In this document: positions 29,360 to 39,558 of the stretch, piece after piece | How the letters are laid out: every line of letters begins with the position of its first letter | Numbering within the stretch: position 1 is the stretch's first letter | IMG/VR virus record: IMGVR_UViG_3300037067_026010 | Span: 146,570 to 210,569 of that record | Direction: 5' to 3' (one strand) | Origin: a virus | Lineage: Duplodnaviria > Caudoviricetes | DNA: 64,000 nucleotides | Notes under the pieces: generated by a model | Told to the model about the DNA's origin: nothing | The model's database searches: none | What the model saw: the letters and a program-made list of their open reading frames with translations, nothing else | Position numbers and translations under genes: made by a program

Positions 29360-30246
29360 TCGATATCGCCTCCACGCGCTAAAGTAATACAACGACTCAT
29401 GCGCAAATGCTGCGGCTCCTGGACCATTTCCGTATCACCGCTGTCCACCCATTCTCGGTAGTGCATCCGCAGTGCCCGCATCGGCGGTATTTTAAATTTT
29501 ATAGGGCAACCTTCCCAGAGCACCGGGGGTAGTGGCGCCTCCGTAGGCGTAATCTTGGCATCGGCATATATCGCCTGGCAGCACTGACATCTCCCTTGGC
29601 TGCGACATGTACCTCGGCCAATACCGCCACCGCATACGCTACAATAATGCGCCCACGGCGATGGCGCAAATGTCGTCCCGTACTCGGAAACTGCCACCGG
29701 GTTCCAGGCATAGCCGCTGACGGCATCGTGCAATAACTCCGCCGCTGGAGCACGCTCCGCTGCGCTAATGGTCTTATAGTCAGCCTTCAGCCACGCCGCG
29801 CCAACCGCCACGCGGGCCGCTATCTCGCCCGGCTGCCACAGGCAGAAACCTAGATGATATTTGCCGGTACGTGTACGCAACATTTGCGGCCACTCCTTCT
29901 CTGCGAGCCGCAAGGCCTCGGCACCGTTTCGCCAGAGCCGGACATCGCTGCCGAACCCCTCCTGCGGTGCGGCCGTTTGCACCGCGAAGGCGTAGCTTAG
30001 CTGTACGCCGGACGCCGACGTCCGCAACGAAAAAATATGCAAGCATCCGCGCACATATAGCGGCGGCCCCGCGAAATACAGCACCGTTGCCCCTTTCATG
30101 GCTCGCATGTATCGCAGTGTCCCGCGTATGCTTCCTGAGCCAAAGCCAGGTGCCACAGTTTGAATAACGTCAACCGACGCCGGCAGTGCCCGCTTCTGCA
30201 GTTCGGCTACTGCCTTTGCCGTGCGCGCATGCAGCTCTTTAGTCAT
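29350..30246 (-). CDS. hypothetical protein with CxxC pairs
   Basis: 298-aa ORF between sbcD and sbcC; CSVC...CQCC. Confidence 0.65.
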   Translation of the reverse strand: MTKELHARTAKAVAELQKRALPASVDVIQTVAPGFGSGSIRGTLRYMRAMKGATVLYFAGPPLYVRGCLHIFSLRTSASGVQLSYAFAVQTAAPQEGFGSDVRLWRNGAEALRLAEKEWPQMLRTRTGKYHLGFCLWQPGEIAARVAVGAAWLKADYKTISAAERAPAAELLHDAVSGYAWNPVAVSEYGTTFAPSPWAHYCSVCGGGIGRGTCRSQGRCQCCQAIYADAKITPTEAPLPPVLWEGCPIKFKIPPMRALRMHYREWVDSGDTEMVQEPQHLRMSRCITLARGGDIECS

Positions 30247-31397
30247 GACGTCTCCCTGTGTTCACGGTACAACCGCGCAAGTTCAGCATACTTATCGTCG
30301 GCCTGCAATAAGCGCCGCAAAGCTACACGATCTGCCGCATCGTCCGTAAGGGCATCCAAGCCCGCCAGTAGGTTGGCGAAGCCGTCCCGCACGGTGTCGT
30401 CCGGCGCGGTAAGCGCCGTAATCCCTACATCCTCCGTCCTCGGTTGTGCTTCGAGGAACAGATACCAGCGATCTCCGGCCGACTTTTGCAGTCTGGAGTA
30501 TGCCTCGGGCAAATCGGAGGCGTACCGTACTCGAGCTATCGGCTTCCGTATATGCTCCGCAGTCGCAGCCCATGCCTCAGGCGTACCGTGTGACTCCCAC
30601 AACCCGTCCGGCTGTACAGGATCGCGTGCCAAGTATTCCACGACGGCGTCGAGTGTCCTGCTATCCGATACGTCAAAAGCTAGCTTCGGCCGCGTATAGA
30701 AGCCTCGAGACTCCACGCGCAGTTCACAGCCCGGGCCGTCCAAATGCAGGATATAGAATTCCTTTGTAGCCGATTCGTCTATTGCCCGCAAATTCGTAGA
30801 ACCGGGTGAAATCAGTCGTACTCGCTGCCCGGTCGCACCTTGCCCGTAAATCTGCTCGTGCTTGTGCCAATCTCCGGACAGGATCATAGACACGTGCGGC
30901 ACGGATGCTACCGTCGCATCGGCTGTACCCACAGCTTGCAGCTCGGCCCAAGAACAGTGCGTTGCCAATATGGTGGCCTGCGACGGAATATTATCCAACG
31001 CCGGCAGCATACCGCCCGGTTGGTAATCCAATCCGTAAAGCCGTTGCCCGGGGCATACTTCGATAATGCGGTCGTGCAGATGCTGCGTCGCCGGAGCCGC
31101 TGCCGGCCACGGCGGGTTCCCGGCGACAACGCGGTCGTGATCGCCTTGAACGTAAAATAGCGGCAGCCTTGCTGCCTCCATGCGCTGTGCCCCCTGGTAG
31201 AAAGCACACCACGCCGCGGAGTCCGGCCGTGCCGTGTCGAAAATATCTCCCAGCAGCAGCCCGGGAACTGCATACTTCACGCAGTAATCGATGAACTGCG
31301 CAAAACTATCTTGGGAATCGCCGCAAAGCTCCGGGCGCCTTGCCCAATTGTGGCAATCCAAATGCAGATCGCCGGTTATTGCCAATATTGCTGCCAT
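30243..31397 (-). CDS. sbcD: SbcD/Mre11 (gp47-like) metallophosphoesterase nuclease
   Basis: GDLHL, GDIFD, GDHD, THC, GDWH, PGS motifs; next to sbcC. Confidence 0.9.
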   Translation of the reverse strand: MAAILAITGDLHLDCHNWARRPELCGDSQDSFAQFIDYCVKYAVPGLLLGDIFDTARPDSAAWCAFYQGAQRMEAARLPLFYVQGDHDRVVAGNPPWPAAAPATQHLHDRIIEVCPGQRLYGLDYQPGGMLPALDNIPSQATILATHCSWAELQAVGTADATVASVPHVSMILSGDWHKHEQIYGQGATGQRVRLISPGSTNLRAIDESATKEFYILHLDGPGCELRVESRGFYTRPKLAFDVSDSRTLDAVVEYLARDPVQPDGLWESHGTPEAWAATAEHIRKPIARVRYASDLPEAYSRLQKSAGDRWYLFLEAQPRTEDVGITALTAPDDTVRDGFANLLAGLDALTDDAADRVALRRLLQADDKYAELARLYREHRETS

Positions 31398-31412
31398 GGT
31401 AATTAAGCACCG
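31397..31412. promoter_or_regulatory. 16-bp dyad motif, copy 3
   Basis: TGGTAATTAAGCACCG overlapping the sbcD start. Confidence 0.55.
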
Positions 31413-31768
31413 TCGTTGTCTTGTTGTACCTTGTGCTGCGCCTGCAGCATCTCGCTTAGCTTATGTAACGCCGCCGGCAAGAGACTGCCTACCGGTACGG
31501 CCTCGGGACAATCCGTCTTCCCGCATATCGGGCAAATCTCCTGCAACTGCCGAATGCGCCCGCCCTGCTGCTTCGTCAATTGCACTAACTCTGCGTCCAA
31601 CTCGCTCTGGCACCGGATCATTTGCCGGGCAATTCGGCCCGCCACGTAATAAGGCAAGCGTCCCCCGTCCTCCGTCAATCCGTGATAAAGCCGAGCAGCA
31701 GCGCTCAGCAAAACATGTTCCCGGAATGCCGTCTTGGCATACAGAGCGTTAAAAAAGGTTTTTGTCAT
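31403..31768 (-). CDS. hypothetical protein
   Basis: 121-aa ORF with CPIC motif; GGGAG upstream. Confidence 0.65.
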   Translation of the reverse strand: MTKTFFNALYAKTAFREHVLLSAAARLYHGLTEDGGRLPYYVAGRIARQMIRCQSELDAELVQLTKQQGGRIRQLQEICPICGKTDCPEAVPVGSLLPAALHKLSEMLQAQHKVQQDNDGA

Positions 31769-31892
31769 ATCATCCGCTCCCTAAAAACAGCAACGGCCCA
31801 GTGCGTCAAACACGGGGCCGTTGCGCGGTTCGGAATAGTATCGGCAAGATGCCGAAGGGATAACGCAATGGTACTGGGTGCGCCGTTCGCCG

Positions 31893-33347
31893 TCAATCCC
31901 CCGTATTTGCAATAGCCGTCGTGCTGTAAAACTCTTTGGCATCAACGAATCGAACCTCCCCGCCGTGCTTGGCGACAAAGTCCGCACCCGGCAATTGTCG
32001 CTGCCGCCAGTCCACGCCCTTCACAAGAATATCCGGCCGTATGGTCCGCACAAGTGGTTCAACGTCCCCGTCAAATAAGAAAGCCGCGGTCACCGGCGCA
32101 AATTGCGCGACGTCCTGCAACCGTGTTTGCTCATCCACGACAGGGCGCGTTTCTCCCTTGAGCATGCGTACCGACGCGTCGGTATTCACTGCCACCAGTA
32201 ACATATCGCCGCAAGCCGACGCCTCCTGTAAGAGCCGCAGGTGTCCCTGATGCAGTAAATCAAAACACCCATTCGTAAATACGATGCGCTTCCCTTGTCG
32301 CCTCGCCCTTGCTATCAGGCTCGGCACTGCTTGGAGCATTATACATTTCCCGGCCCATCCCGCCGCAGCCAGGATGGCCTCGTCCCACGCATCGCGCGTG
32401 GGCACATGCACCCCAGTATGCCGGACCGCTAGCTCGGCAGCGATATTTGCCCGTCGGCAGCTGTCCTCTATAGCCGCACTCGGATTCTCGAGAATGTCAG
32501 TAACAAGCGCCGCCATGAACGTATCGCCGGCGCCCGTCGGATCGCCTACCTGGCAAACGTTTGCGGGCACGTGGTCTACCGCTGACGCCGTCGCCGCCGC
32601 ACACCCTTCCGATCCACAAGTTACCACAGCGACGTGCGGCGACAACCGCGCACGAATTTGTAGAGCCGCTGCCAAGCCACGCTCGCGAATGTCCGGATGC
32701 GCCAATGCCGGGTGCACGTCGTCCGCCAAAAACATCATGGCATCCGGTATGTTGCATTTGACGAGAGTGGCCTGCGTGTAGTACTGCAACTGAGATGCGC
32801 AAACGTCGGCAAATAACGGTATATGCGCGGCAGCACACTGCCCTTGGAGCCAGCGCAGCAGATCGGGAGACAGTGCTCCGCGGCCGTAGTCGCCGATGAC
32901 CACTGCCCCGATATTGCTTGGATCGCGCCATATTTCCGCCAACACCTGCAACAGTGCGTCCTCGGACGGACCAATGCCACCCGCACTCATACAAAACAAC
33001 TGCTGACCTTCGCAAACGATCCGAGTTTTCTCGGCCGTCGCGCCGGATACGCGCACCAGTCGCACGACGCAGCCGCGAGCCTGCAACCACGAAATCAGCG
33101 TATTTCCAGAAGCGTCGTCCCCGACAGCCCCGAGCACGAAAACGCGCGGAGCGCATCGACAATGCTCGGGGTCGTACAGGTTACTCAGGTTTGCCGCCAA
33201 ATTTCCGGCTCCGCCGGGATTGCCACCATATCCCGCGATCTGCAACACCGGCACCGGGGCTTCCCGCGAAATTCCGGTAAGACTCCCGAATATCCAGCGG
33301 TCGTAGATCATATCGCCGATGCACAATATAGCCTTACCGTCCACCAT
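31893..33347 (-). CDS. hldE: bifunctional heptose-7-phosphate kinase / heptose-1-phosphate adenylyltransferase
   Basis: PfkB domain IGDMIYD, SREAPVPV, GGAGNLA, DPTGAGDTF; nucleotidyltransferase FTNGCFDLLHQGH, KGETRPV, PDILVKG. Confidence 0.92.
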   Translation of the reverse strand: MVDGKAILCIGDMIYDRWIFGSLTGISREAPVPVLQIAGYGGNPGGAGNLAANLSNLYDPEHCRCAPRVFVLGAVGDDASGNTLISWLQARGCVVRLVRVSGATAEKTRIVCEGQQLFCMSAGGIGPSEDALLQVLAEIWRDPSNIGAVVIGDYGRGALSPDLLRWLQGQCAAAHIPLFADVCASQLQYYTQATLVKCNIPDAMMFLADDVHPALAHPDIRERGLAAALQIRARLSPHVAVVTCGSEGCAAATASAVDHVPANVCQVGDPTGAGDTFMAALVTDILENPSAAIEDSCRRANIAAELAVRHTGVHVPTRDAWDEAILAAAGWAGKCIMLQAVPSLIARARRQGKRIVFTNGCFDLLHQGHLRLLQEASACGDMLLVAVNTDASVRMLKGETRPVVDEQTRLQDVAQFAPVTAAFLFDGDVEPLVRTIRPDILVKGVDWRQRQLPGADFVAKHGGEVRFVDAKEFYSTTAIANTGD

Positions 33348-33352
33348 GGCTT

Positions 33353-34441
33353 TCATTCCCTGCAAGTTACTTCCAATAAATAGGTCTGCCCGTCAACCTG
33401 GAAGATATACTCCCCTGTAATATTCTTACGAGGAGGAACATCCGCCAACACTTCGGTCGTTGCGCCCGCGCTGAGCAGCTGGGCGTCCACGTACGGGCCC
33501 GTTTCGCCATTCACGACGGAGACTGCAGCATATTTACCGTCGGGATAAACGACGGCGAATGGGCGTATCATGCCGCCGATGGGGACATTTCCCATCGCCT
33601 GCGTCAGCGCCAGTGCTTGCTGCACCTGCGCCATGTCCGCTTTGGAAATGCGTAGTAGCGCACGACCGGCTACCGTACGCTCATCCACGGTACGCCGCGG
33701 ATGGTCCGCCTCGCTTACTGCGGTCAGATGGGTACGATTCAAATCTTTCATATCCTCGCCTTCATCCGACCTGAAATCCGCATACAGCTTGCCCTCATAC
33801 TCGGTCAGCCCCGTACAGGTACCTCGGATTTGCCGGCGTTGTGGCGTCGTATAGATACAACGTTGCCCGATCGCCAATATAGGCGCGGCTGGCGTATCCG
33901 CGACGCCGGCGGCCACGGGCACAACGGTCGCACCGGCTACAGGGGCCACAGCGCCGGTACTTGCCGGTGCTGGCACTGGGGCTGCCACAGGCACAACATC
34001 CGCGCCACTAGCCACAGGTGCTGCTGCTTCACCTGCCAATTCCCCAGCCAAGTAGGCCGGGCCGAGCTGCTCCAGAAACTGGTCGCAAGTCAACGGCGGT
34101 TCCAGGCCTTGCGACTCCGCCTCCCTGACCATGTCCACATAGAGTACCAGAAAATCTGAACACTCCTCGGCGGACCACTGCCGCTTCCCCGCCTTCTTTG
34201 CGACGGAACTGCTTCTGGGGCAATGATAATAGAGGGCATCCGCCGGGTGTTTGCGATTCTTCTCGTCGTGATCCGCCAGCGGAGCAAATTTTTCCAGAAA
34301 TCTCTCGAATGTGAGGTCGTCCGATAGTTGCCGTTGCCATAAATACGTCGTCAACAGCGATATTTTGGCGCTGTCTGTCCGGTATTGTTCACAACCCGGT
34401 TGTTTACTGAATTGTTTCAGAGCTTCCGCCACAGTTTGCAT
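33353..34441 (-). CDS. hypothetical two-domain protein with Ala/Pro/Val linker
   Basis: 362-aa ORF, AAAGGA upstream. Confidence 0.75.
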   Translation of the reverse strand: MQTVAEALKQFSKQPGCEQYRTDSAKISLLTTYLWQRQLSDDLTFERFLEKFAPLADHDEKNRKHPADALYYHCPRSSSVAKKAGKRQWSAEECSDFLVLYVDMVREAESQGLEPPLTCDQFLEQLGPAYLAGELAGEAAAPVASGADVVPVAAPVPAPASTGAVAPVAGATVVPVAAGVADTPAAPILAIGQRCIYTTPQRRQIRGTCTGLTEYEGKLYADFRSDEGEDMKDLNRTHLTAVSEADHPRRTVDERTVAGRALLRISKADMAQVQQALALTQAMGNVPIGGMIRPFAVVYPDGKYAAVSVVNGETGPYVDAQLLSAGATTEVLADVPPRKNITGEYIFQVDGQTYLLEVTCRE

Positions 34442-34464
34442 CGTTTTTCCTTTCAGATAGTAAA

Positions 34465-35397
34465 TTAGGACACACGTCGCCTACGGAACCGACCGTAGGT
34501 GGCCAACATCCGTGCACCGCGGAAAAGCTGCCCATCGATTTCCGTCGCAGCCCGTGCGGCAAGCAATTCCGCCGTCATGCGCACATCCCCGCTAAGTAAC
34601 TGCCTCGGATAGCGCAACGTACGAATTACCGCCTGGCATACTACGGAACGACTCGGTCGCACGTGTCGGCGGTATTTACCGCTCTCTAACGTTAATAGGG
34701 CCTTTGCCGGTATCTGGAATAACTGGCGGTGGGTGAAGCGCCAACCACTGTGGCAAGCTTCCACTGTCGTAAAAAACAAAGCGCCGCATACGGTCCCGCT
34801 GCGCACCAGCTTACGCATAACTACTGCACGTTGCTGGCAAACACTGGTCATCAGGTATCGTACCCATGCCGCCTCCGTAGGGTATCGGGAGCGTTCCTCG
34901 GCGTGCGCAGGTAGCCACGGATACACCACCACCCTGCGGCGCTCTACAAGGTGGTATGCAAATTCCGCCGTGTCGCTTAACCGGATTGCACGCATCGGTC
35001 GGCCATATTCGTCGATAGCCTCGGAGCTTCCCGGTTTGGGGAAGGCATGATCCACGCTCTCCCACAATTCCGAGGCTCTGCGAGCATAACAGAAAGGGCA
35101 CAAGTAATCCAGGCGGCAACATCGTGTTAACGGCATGGCAAATGCAAAGGTAGGGCAGCAGTTGCGCAAATACGTATTACACATGCGCGTCCCCGGTGGG
35201 TGCCATCCGCACGACATCAACGCCGACACTCGCGCGCGCCAAATCGTAAGTAAGCGGGTGGTACGGCGGCGGACACCTGCATCGTTTGTTGCAGGCCGGC
35301 CGGTCAACGGATAGAGCACCGCTGCCCGCTGCACCCGTGCTGCATAGGTATGCGGCACCCAGTCCAACTTGAACGCGATATCCGTTTTTCTGGCCAT
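34465..35397 (-). CDS. hypothetical protein resembling a degenerate rolling-circle Rep
   Basis: CCRLDYLCPFCYARR and TVEACHSGWRFTH resemble the Rep_1 zinc motif and an altered HUH region. Confidence 0.55.
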   Translation of the reverse strand: MARKTDIAFKLDWVPHTYAARVQRAAVLYPLTGRPATNDAGVRRRTTRLLTIWRARVSALMSCGWHPPGTRMCNTYLRNCCPTFAFAMPLTRCCRLDYLCPFCYARRASELWESVDHAFPKPGSSEAIDEYGRPMRAIRLSDTAEFAYHLVERRRVVVYPWLPAHAEERSRYPTEAAWVRYLMTSVCQQRAVVMRKLVRSGTVCGALFFTTVEACHSGWRFTHRQLFQIPAKALLTLESGKYRRHVRPSRSVVCQAVIRTLRYPRQLLSGDVRMTAELLAARAATEIDGQLFRGARMLATYGRFRRRRVS

Positions 35398-35419
35398 GAG
35401 AAGTCTCCCGCGTGCCCGC

Positions 35420-35761
35420 CTATTTTGCCACCGACTTGGGCTTCTGTCCAGACTGCGCGCATACGGCCGTCCTGGCGAGCACCATCACCGCCACGTCCGC
35501 AATATCCGTCTGCACGCGAATAATGCGTCGAAGAAGCTCCATGGCCGTCATATCCGGCTCCTCGCAAAGTTCCGCGATCAGGAAGCGAAATAGTCCGTCG
35601 CCCCGCGCGTCCGCTAGGTACTGCAGATACTCGCTGCCGGTCTCGTTTTCTTCGGGTGGCCGCACACCCAACATGTCGCTATCGGGATAGGCCTGCCACA
35701 CATTTAACGGGCTAACAACGCTTTTTTGCTTTTTTGCTTTTTTGTGTTTTCGTTTTGACAT
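35420..35761 (-). CDS. hypothetical protein
   Basis: 113-aa ORF with basic N-terminus. Confidence 0.6.
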   Translation of the reverse strand: MSKRKHKKAKKQKSVVSPLNVWQAYPDSDMLGVRPPEENETGSEYLQYLADARGDGLFRFLIAELCEEPDMTAMELLRRIIRVQTDIADVAVMVLARTAVCAQSGQKPKSVAK

Positions 35762-36641
35762 GGTCCAAAGTGGCGCGATAGCACCGGTTAAGTTTGTCTT
35801 GTGGTAATTGACCAGTACGGTCTACCCATACTTCTTCTGGAAGTGGCCGGGCCCGGGCCTCGGCGGCAAGCCACGTGCAAAATGAGCCCAAACAACTGTA
35901 ACGTTTACAGAGCCACGCGCTGGTCTGCGCTGCCACCGGTCTGTATTCAGCCATGAATTCCTGAAAAGGTCGCAATCTACGATGCGCTTTTTGCCCATAT
36001 AACAGGTTGATCAAGCGAAAATGATCTGCGATATAGCTAATAGCGCCATCGACCGTGCGCGCGCTATATGCGGAACGAAGCTCAGGAAACTCCGAAATAA
36101 TCCAGGCCAGCTGGTAGGCGAGCTGGTGCACGCGATACGCAGAAAGGCGTTGCGCGGACTGCTTGCGCTTACGCCTTTTACAAACCGTAGGATTATACAC
36201 CACCTCGTAGCAGCCACACACGCTCGACCACCTGACGTAGCACCCGTGATCCTGCAGGGACTTTTGATAGGATTTTACCGGGTGCTGCACACGGATATTG
36301 CCGAGCTTCGCGAGGTTTGCCAAAACCGCTATATCGTCGTAACTACGCACCTCTGCCGTGGCCTTGTCGTCTATTTGTATCTGCATGACATGCTCAGGGT
36401 CATACGGCCAGCCCGCGTAGGATAGTCTGTGGTTATGCAATATCGCGTGATCAGTCGGCCACCGCCCTTCTATAGCCCGCACCAGATCTTCGAGGCTTTG
36501 CATATTATCGAAAAAAACCAAATCCTCACTGGGGGTTGCCACAACGACTTCCCGCTTGGTTACTCGCTGCCATGACGTACTTGTCGCGCCTTCATCGCGC
36601 GGCAAGCGCCGAAACACCATTGTTTTATCGAACATGATCAA
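35712..36641 (-). CDS. hypothetical protein
   Basis: 309-aa ORF. Confidence 0.7.
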   Translation of the reverse strand: MIMFDKTMVFRRLPRDEGATSTSWQRVTKREVVVATPSEDLVFFDNMQSLEDLVRAIEGRWPTDHAILHNHRLSYAGWPYDPEHVMQIQIDDKATAEVRSYDDIAVLANLAKLGNIRVQHPVKSYQKSLQDHGCYVRWSSVCGCYEVVYNPTVCKRRKRKQSAQRLSAYRVHQLAYQLAWIISEFPELRSAYSARTVDGAISYIADHFRLINLLYGQKAHRRLRPFQEFMAEYRPVAAQTSAWLCKRYSCLGSFCTWLAAEARARPLPEEVWVDRTGQLPQDKLNRCYRATLDHVKTKTQKSKKAKKRC

Positions 36642-36674
36642 TTTTGCCGCATGCCTTGGAAGAGTGTAAGAAAG

Positions 36675-36706
36675 AAAAAAAGCACTGCCCGTTGAGGGCA
36701 GTGCTT
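36675..36706 (-). terminator. intrinsic terminator
   Basis: AAGCACTGCCC-N5-GGGCAGTGCTT stem followed by a T-run on the minus strand. Confidence 0.8.
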
Positions 36707-36738
36707 CACTTATCCGTTATACGCTATGCACACATAGG

Positions 36739-37479
36739 CTAATTGTGGGGCAATGCCAGCACCGCCTTCGTGAGGTTCGCCGTCAGCCGAGTAAGAATCT
36801 CCTGACCCTCTTTCGACTTGGACAGCCGATGCTTGGCCAAAGTCGCCTGCGCTTGGCGCAACAGCATCGGAATATTGCATAGACGCCGTTTCCATTCGTA
36901 AGCCAATTGCTGCGCCTCGTCCTTGGTCTGCCGCGCCTTTTGTATCTGTCGTTGCAGCCGCCGCATTTCCGCAGTCGTCGGCAGCGTCTTCCGTAGCGTC
37001 ACGCTGCCGCGCCAAATCTCTGCGGGGCCTGAAGCCGTAGGCGACACCTGCAACGTGCACCGCACGACGTATCCCTTGGTAATGGGGCACGCAGACTCGA
37101 CCACTGGAGCCGCAGGTTTTTCCTGCAACTCGCCCGATGCGTCGAATTGTACTTTGGTGTGCTTATTGCAGCTCTCCAAGGCCGTCCGCAACGTTTCCTG
37201 CTCGTGTGCCCACGCATTTTCGCAAAACTGGCGCACGCACGTGTCCAATTGCGCTGCGTGCTGTTTCAGGACTTGTTCCGCACGAGCAACATCCGCCACG
37301 GCCCGTGCGATTTGGCTATTGGCTTCCGCTTCCGCCTGGGACTCCACGACAGCCAAAACGTCGTCCTTATCCACGGTAACGTTCATGGCCAGCAACGCAA
37401 TTTCACCGCCCGTGCTCGCTCCCAAGGGCCGTTCCGGGGGCAACATCTCCACGACCTTGTTTGCTTTCTTCTTACTCAT
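36739..37479 (-). CDS. hypothetical coiled-coil protein
   Basis: 246-aa ORF, AAGGAG upstream. Confidence 0.75.
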   Translation of the reverse strand: MSKKKANKVVEMLPPERPLGASTGGEIALLAMNVTVDKDDVLAVVESQAEAEANSQIARAVADVARAEQVLKQHAAQLDTCVRQFCENAWAHEQETLRTALESCNKHTKVQFDASGELQEKPAAPVVESACPITKGYVVRCTLQVSPTASGPAEIWRGSVTLRKTLPTTAEMRRLQRQIQKARQTKDEAQQLAYEWKRRLCNIPMLLRQAQATLAKHRLSKSKEGQEILTRLTANLTKAVLALPHN

Positions 37480-37536
37480 GTGCGCGTCTCCTTAAAAGGA
37501 TCAAAAAATTGGATTCAAATCTCTTGCACTTCTCGC

Positions 37537-37791
37537 TTAATCGTCGTACGCCGGGTCGTCCGGGGCGTGTTCGTAACGCTGTAACGTTTCCGCCAGCTTT
37601 AGCGTCTGGTCGGCTAAATATGCCATGCGGTTCGGAATAGATTGCAGCACAATTTGTGCTTCTACGCAATCCCCGACCTGCAGCAGCTGTTCTATCTGCG
37701 CCAAATCCTCTGCGGCGCGTCGGCAGTGTAAGCAAAGCAGGTCTCGATGCTGTTGCAAAATGGGTTCTAATTGCTGTTTCGTAACTGCCAT
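37537..37791 (-). CDS. hypothetical protein
   Basis: 84-aa ORF in the run. Confidence 0.6.
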   Translation of the reverse strand: MAVTKQQLEPILQQHRDLLCLHCRRAAEDLAQIEQLLQVGDCVEAQIVLQSIPNRMAYLADQTLKLAETLQRYEHAPDDPAYDD

Positions 37792-37800
37792 AATCTGTCT

Positions 37801-38289
37801 TTACGAGAGGGGGTGCACTTCCCGGACACGCCGGCTTTCGCAGGCATTCTCGAGATCAATGATAGCCGTTGGATCCTCTTGCGTGATATCCGACCACACG
37901 AACAGCTGCAATCGTCCGCTACGCAGATCCAATAAAATAGGTGCGGCATCCTCGCATTTCGCAACGCCGTAGCCTGCCATGGCAATTTCCACATGTGTCT
38001 TGCTCCACGTACAAGTTACCGGTATGCGCTGCTGCTCCATGCGCAAGACCTGGGTTACCGACACCTGCGCCGTACGCCGCAAGGTACGGGCCACATATGC
38101 AGCGCAAGCCGCCATTTGCTCGGCACAACCCGCCAGAAATTCATCTTTCTGTTGACCCTGCCCGTTTGAAGCAACCGTATTCAGGAAGTCTGCGACAGTA
38201 TAATCTTCAGACGATCCTGTCGCAGCCAACCGGATGAACAGCTTTGAGGCTTTGCGCGAAAGCCCGGCGGCTGAATCGATTTTACTCAT
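37801..38289 (-). CDS. hypothetical protein
   Basis: 162-aa ORF in the run. Confidence 0.65.
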   Translation of the reverse strand: MSKIDSAAGLSRKASKLFIRLAATGSSEDYTVADFLNTVASNGQGQQKDEFLAGCAEQMAACAAYVARTLRRTAQVSVTQVLRMEQQRIPVTCTWSKTHVEIAMAGYGVAKCEDAAPILLDLRSGRLQLFVWSDITQEDPTAIIDLENACESRRVREVHPLS

Positions 38290-38292
38290 AAA

Positions 38293-38577
38293 TTATCCTA
38301 AATCCGCTAAGGGCTTTGCCGGAATGCCGTATACGCAGGCAATCAGGAAATCGTTAAGTACCGCACGGCCGCGCTCCGGATCCGTAAGTTCGGAACCGTC
38401 GCACAGCAGCAGTTCGTGGCCTTCGCTGTCCGTCAGTCGTAGATAGTCCCCGGCGATGAGCCCTCTCGGATCGTCCCGATCCTGGTACCCGGAGTAAATC
38501 CGCCGCCCGTTTGCCAGCTCGATGACCAGTTCGTCATTTTCGTCCAACAGGCTTTGCACGATGGTTTCCCGCGTCAT
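38293..38577 (-). CDS. hypothetical protein
   Basis: ORF from MTRETIV, GGAG upstream. Confidence 0.6.
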   Translation of the reverse strand: MTRETIVQSLLDENDELVIELANGRRIYSGYQDRDDPRGLIAGDYLRLTDSEGHELLLCDGSELTDPERGRAVLNDFLIACVYGIPAKPLADLG

Positions 38578-39520
38578 GCGTCGTTTCTCCCATGACAGCA
38601 TTCCAGTTGTCTAATGGTATCCATCCCTTTAAATCGGCTTCCTGCATCGCCAGGTAGAGTGGCTTGGCCGCGATGCCCAATTCTTCCGGCATGCGATGCG
38701 CCACCCAGTAAATCTGCGCCTCCGTAATCGCGTCCGGCGTCGTGCCCACCACGTCGATAAGGTATTGTATCGCGGCCGCCTCCTTCAAGGCCAACGGCGT
38801 AACGCAGGGTTGCTTTGCCCTGCCGAGCACCTCCTCGGGACCGGGGGGCGGCTCGTCTCCAAGCAGCATCCGATTCAGTTTGTTCCCGGCAAGGTCATAC
38901 TGTTCGTATGCCGTTCCGACATACAGGTAGGGACGCACGGCCTCGAAGACCCAGCGCGTCGGATCCGCGATCCGCCCGTCTGCAAGCACGATCCAGCCAT
39001 GGTGCGACGACACTCTCGTTGCGAACATGCTCGTCGGAGCGATCGGCCCATGGTAGTGCCCATAACCTACGTGCGCACCGGGGAACAGGCCGGCTTCCAC
39101 AGCACGGCGTGCTATTTCATAACAGCGCCCCGGCCAGTCCGCGACGGCGACGCCAATAGCTGTGGCAATGTCGCGCAGCTTCGGCATAGGCGCTTGAGGC
39201 GCTTTCGTCTCAGTCGCTGCCCGCTGATAAGCCGCCGTACGCCCGTTTCCACGGCGCAAGAGCTTCTGGGCGCGATAGACCTGCCGCAACACGTGCAGCA
39301 ACGCCATGTGCTGCGCATCGCGTATAACCGCGGCAGACGGCTGCTTGCCCGCGGGCAACGGGGGCCACCGATGCTTTTGATAATAGGAGGCCACGGCCTC
39401 CGCAATGTTGATGCTCGGCGAGAGTTGCTTAAACAAAGTTGCATAATTCACGTAATGATCTGCGGGAACCGCAGCCACCACCTCCCCTTGCGAAATCCAA
39501 TGATGCTTGGATTCGGCCAT
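38534..39520 (-). CDS. hypothetical protein
   Basis: AAGGAG upstream of MAESKHH; GRCY...HHGWIV...IADPT is a Cys-His-Asp, transglutaminase-like triad candidate. Confidence 0.7.
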   Translation of the reverse strand: MAESKHHWISQGEVVAAVPADHYVNYATLFKQLSPSINIAEAVASYYQKHRWPPLPAGKQPSAAVIRDAQHMALLHVLRQVYRAQKLLRRGNGRTAAYQRAATETKAPQAPMPKLRDIATAIGVAVADWPGRCYEIARRAVEAGLFPGAHVGYGHYHGPIAPTSMFATRVSSHHGWIVLADGRIADPTRWVFEAVRPYLYVGTAYEQYDLAGNKLNRMLLGDEPPPGPEEVLGRAKQPCVTPLALKEAAAIQYLIDVVGTTPDAITEAQIYWVAHRMPEELGIAAKPLYLAMQEADLKGWIPLDNWNAVMGETTHDAGNHRAKPVGRK

Positions 39521-39558
39521 AGCCTTGTACTCCTTTAAGGGCAAGTGAACAAACACGC

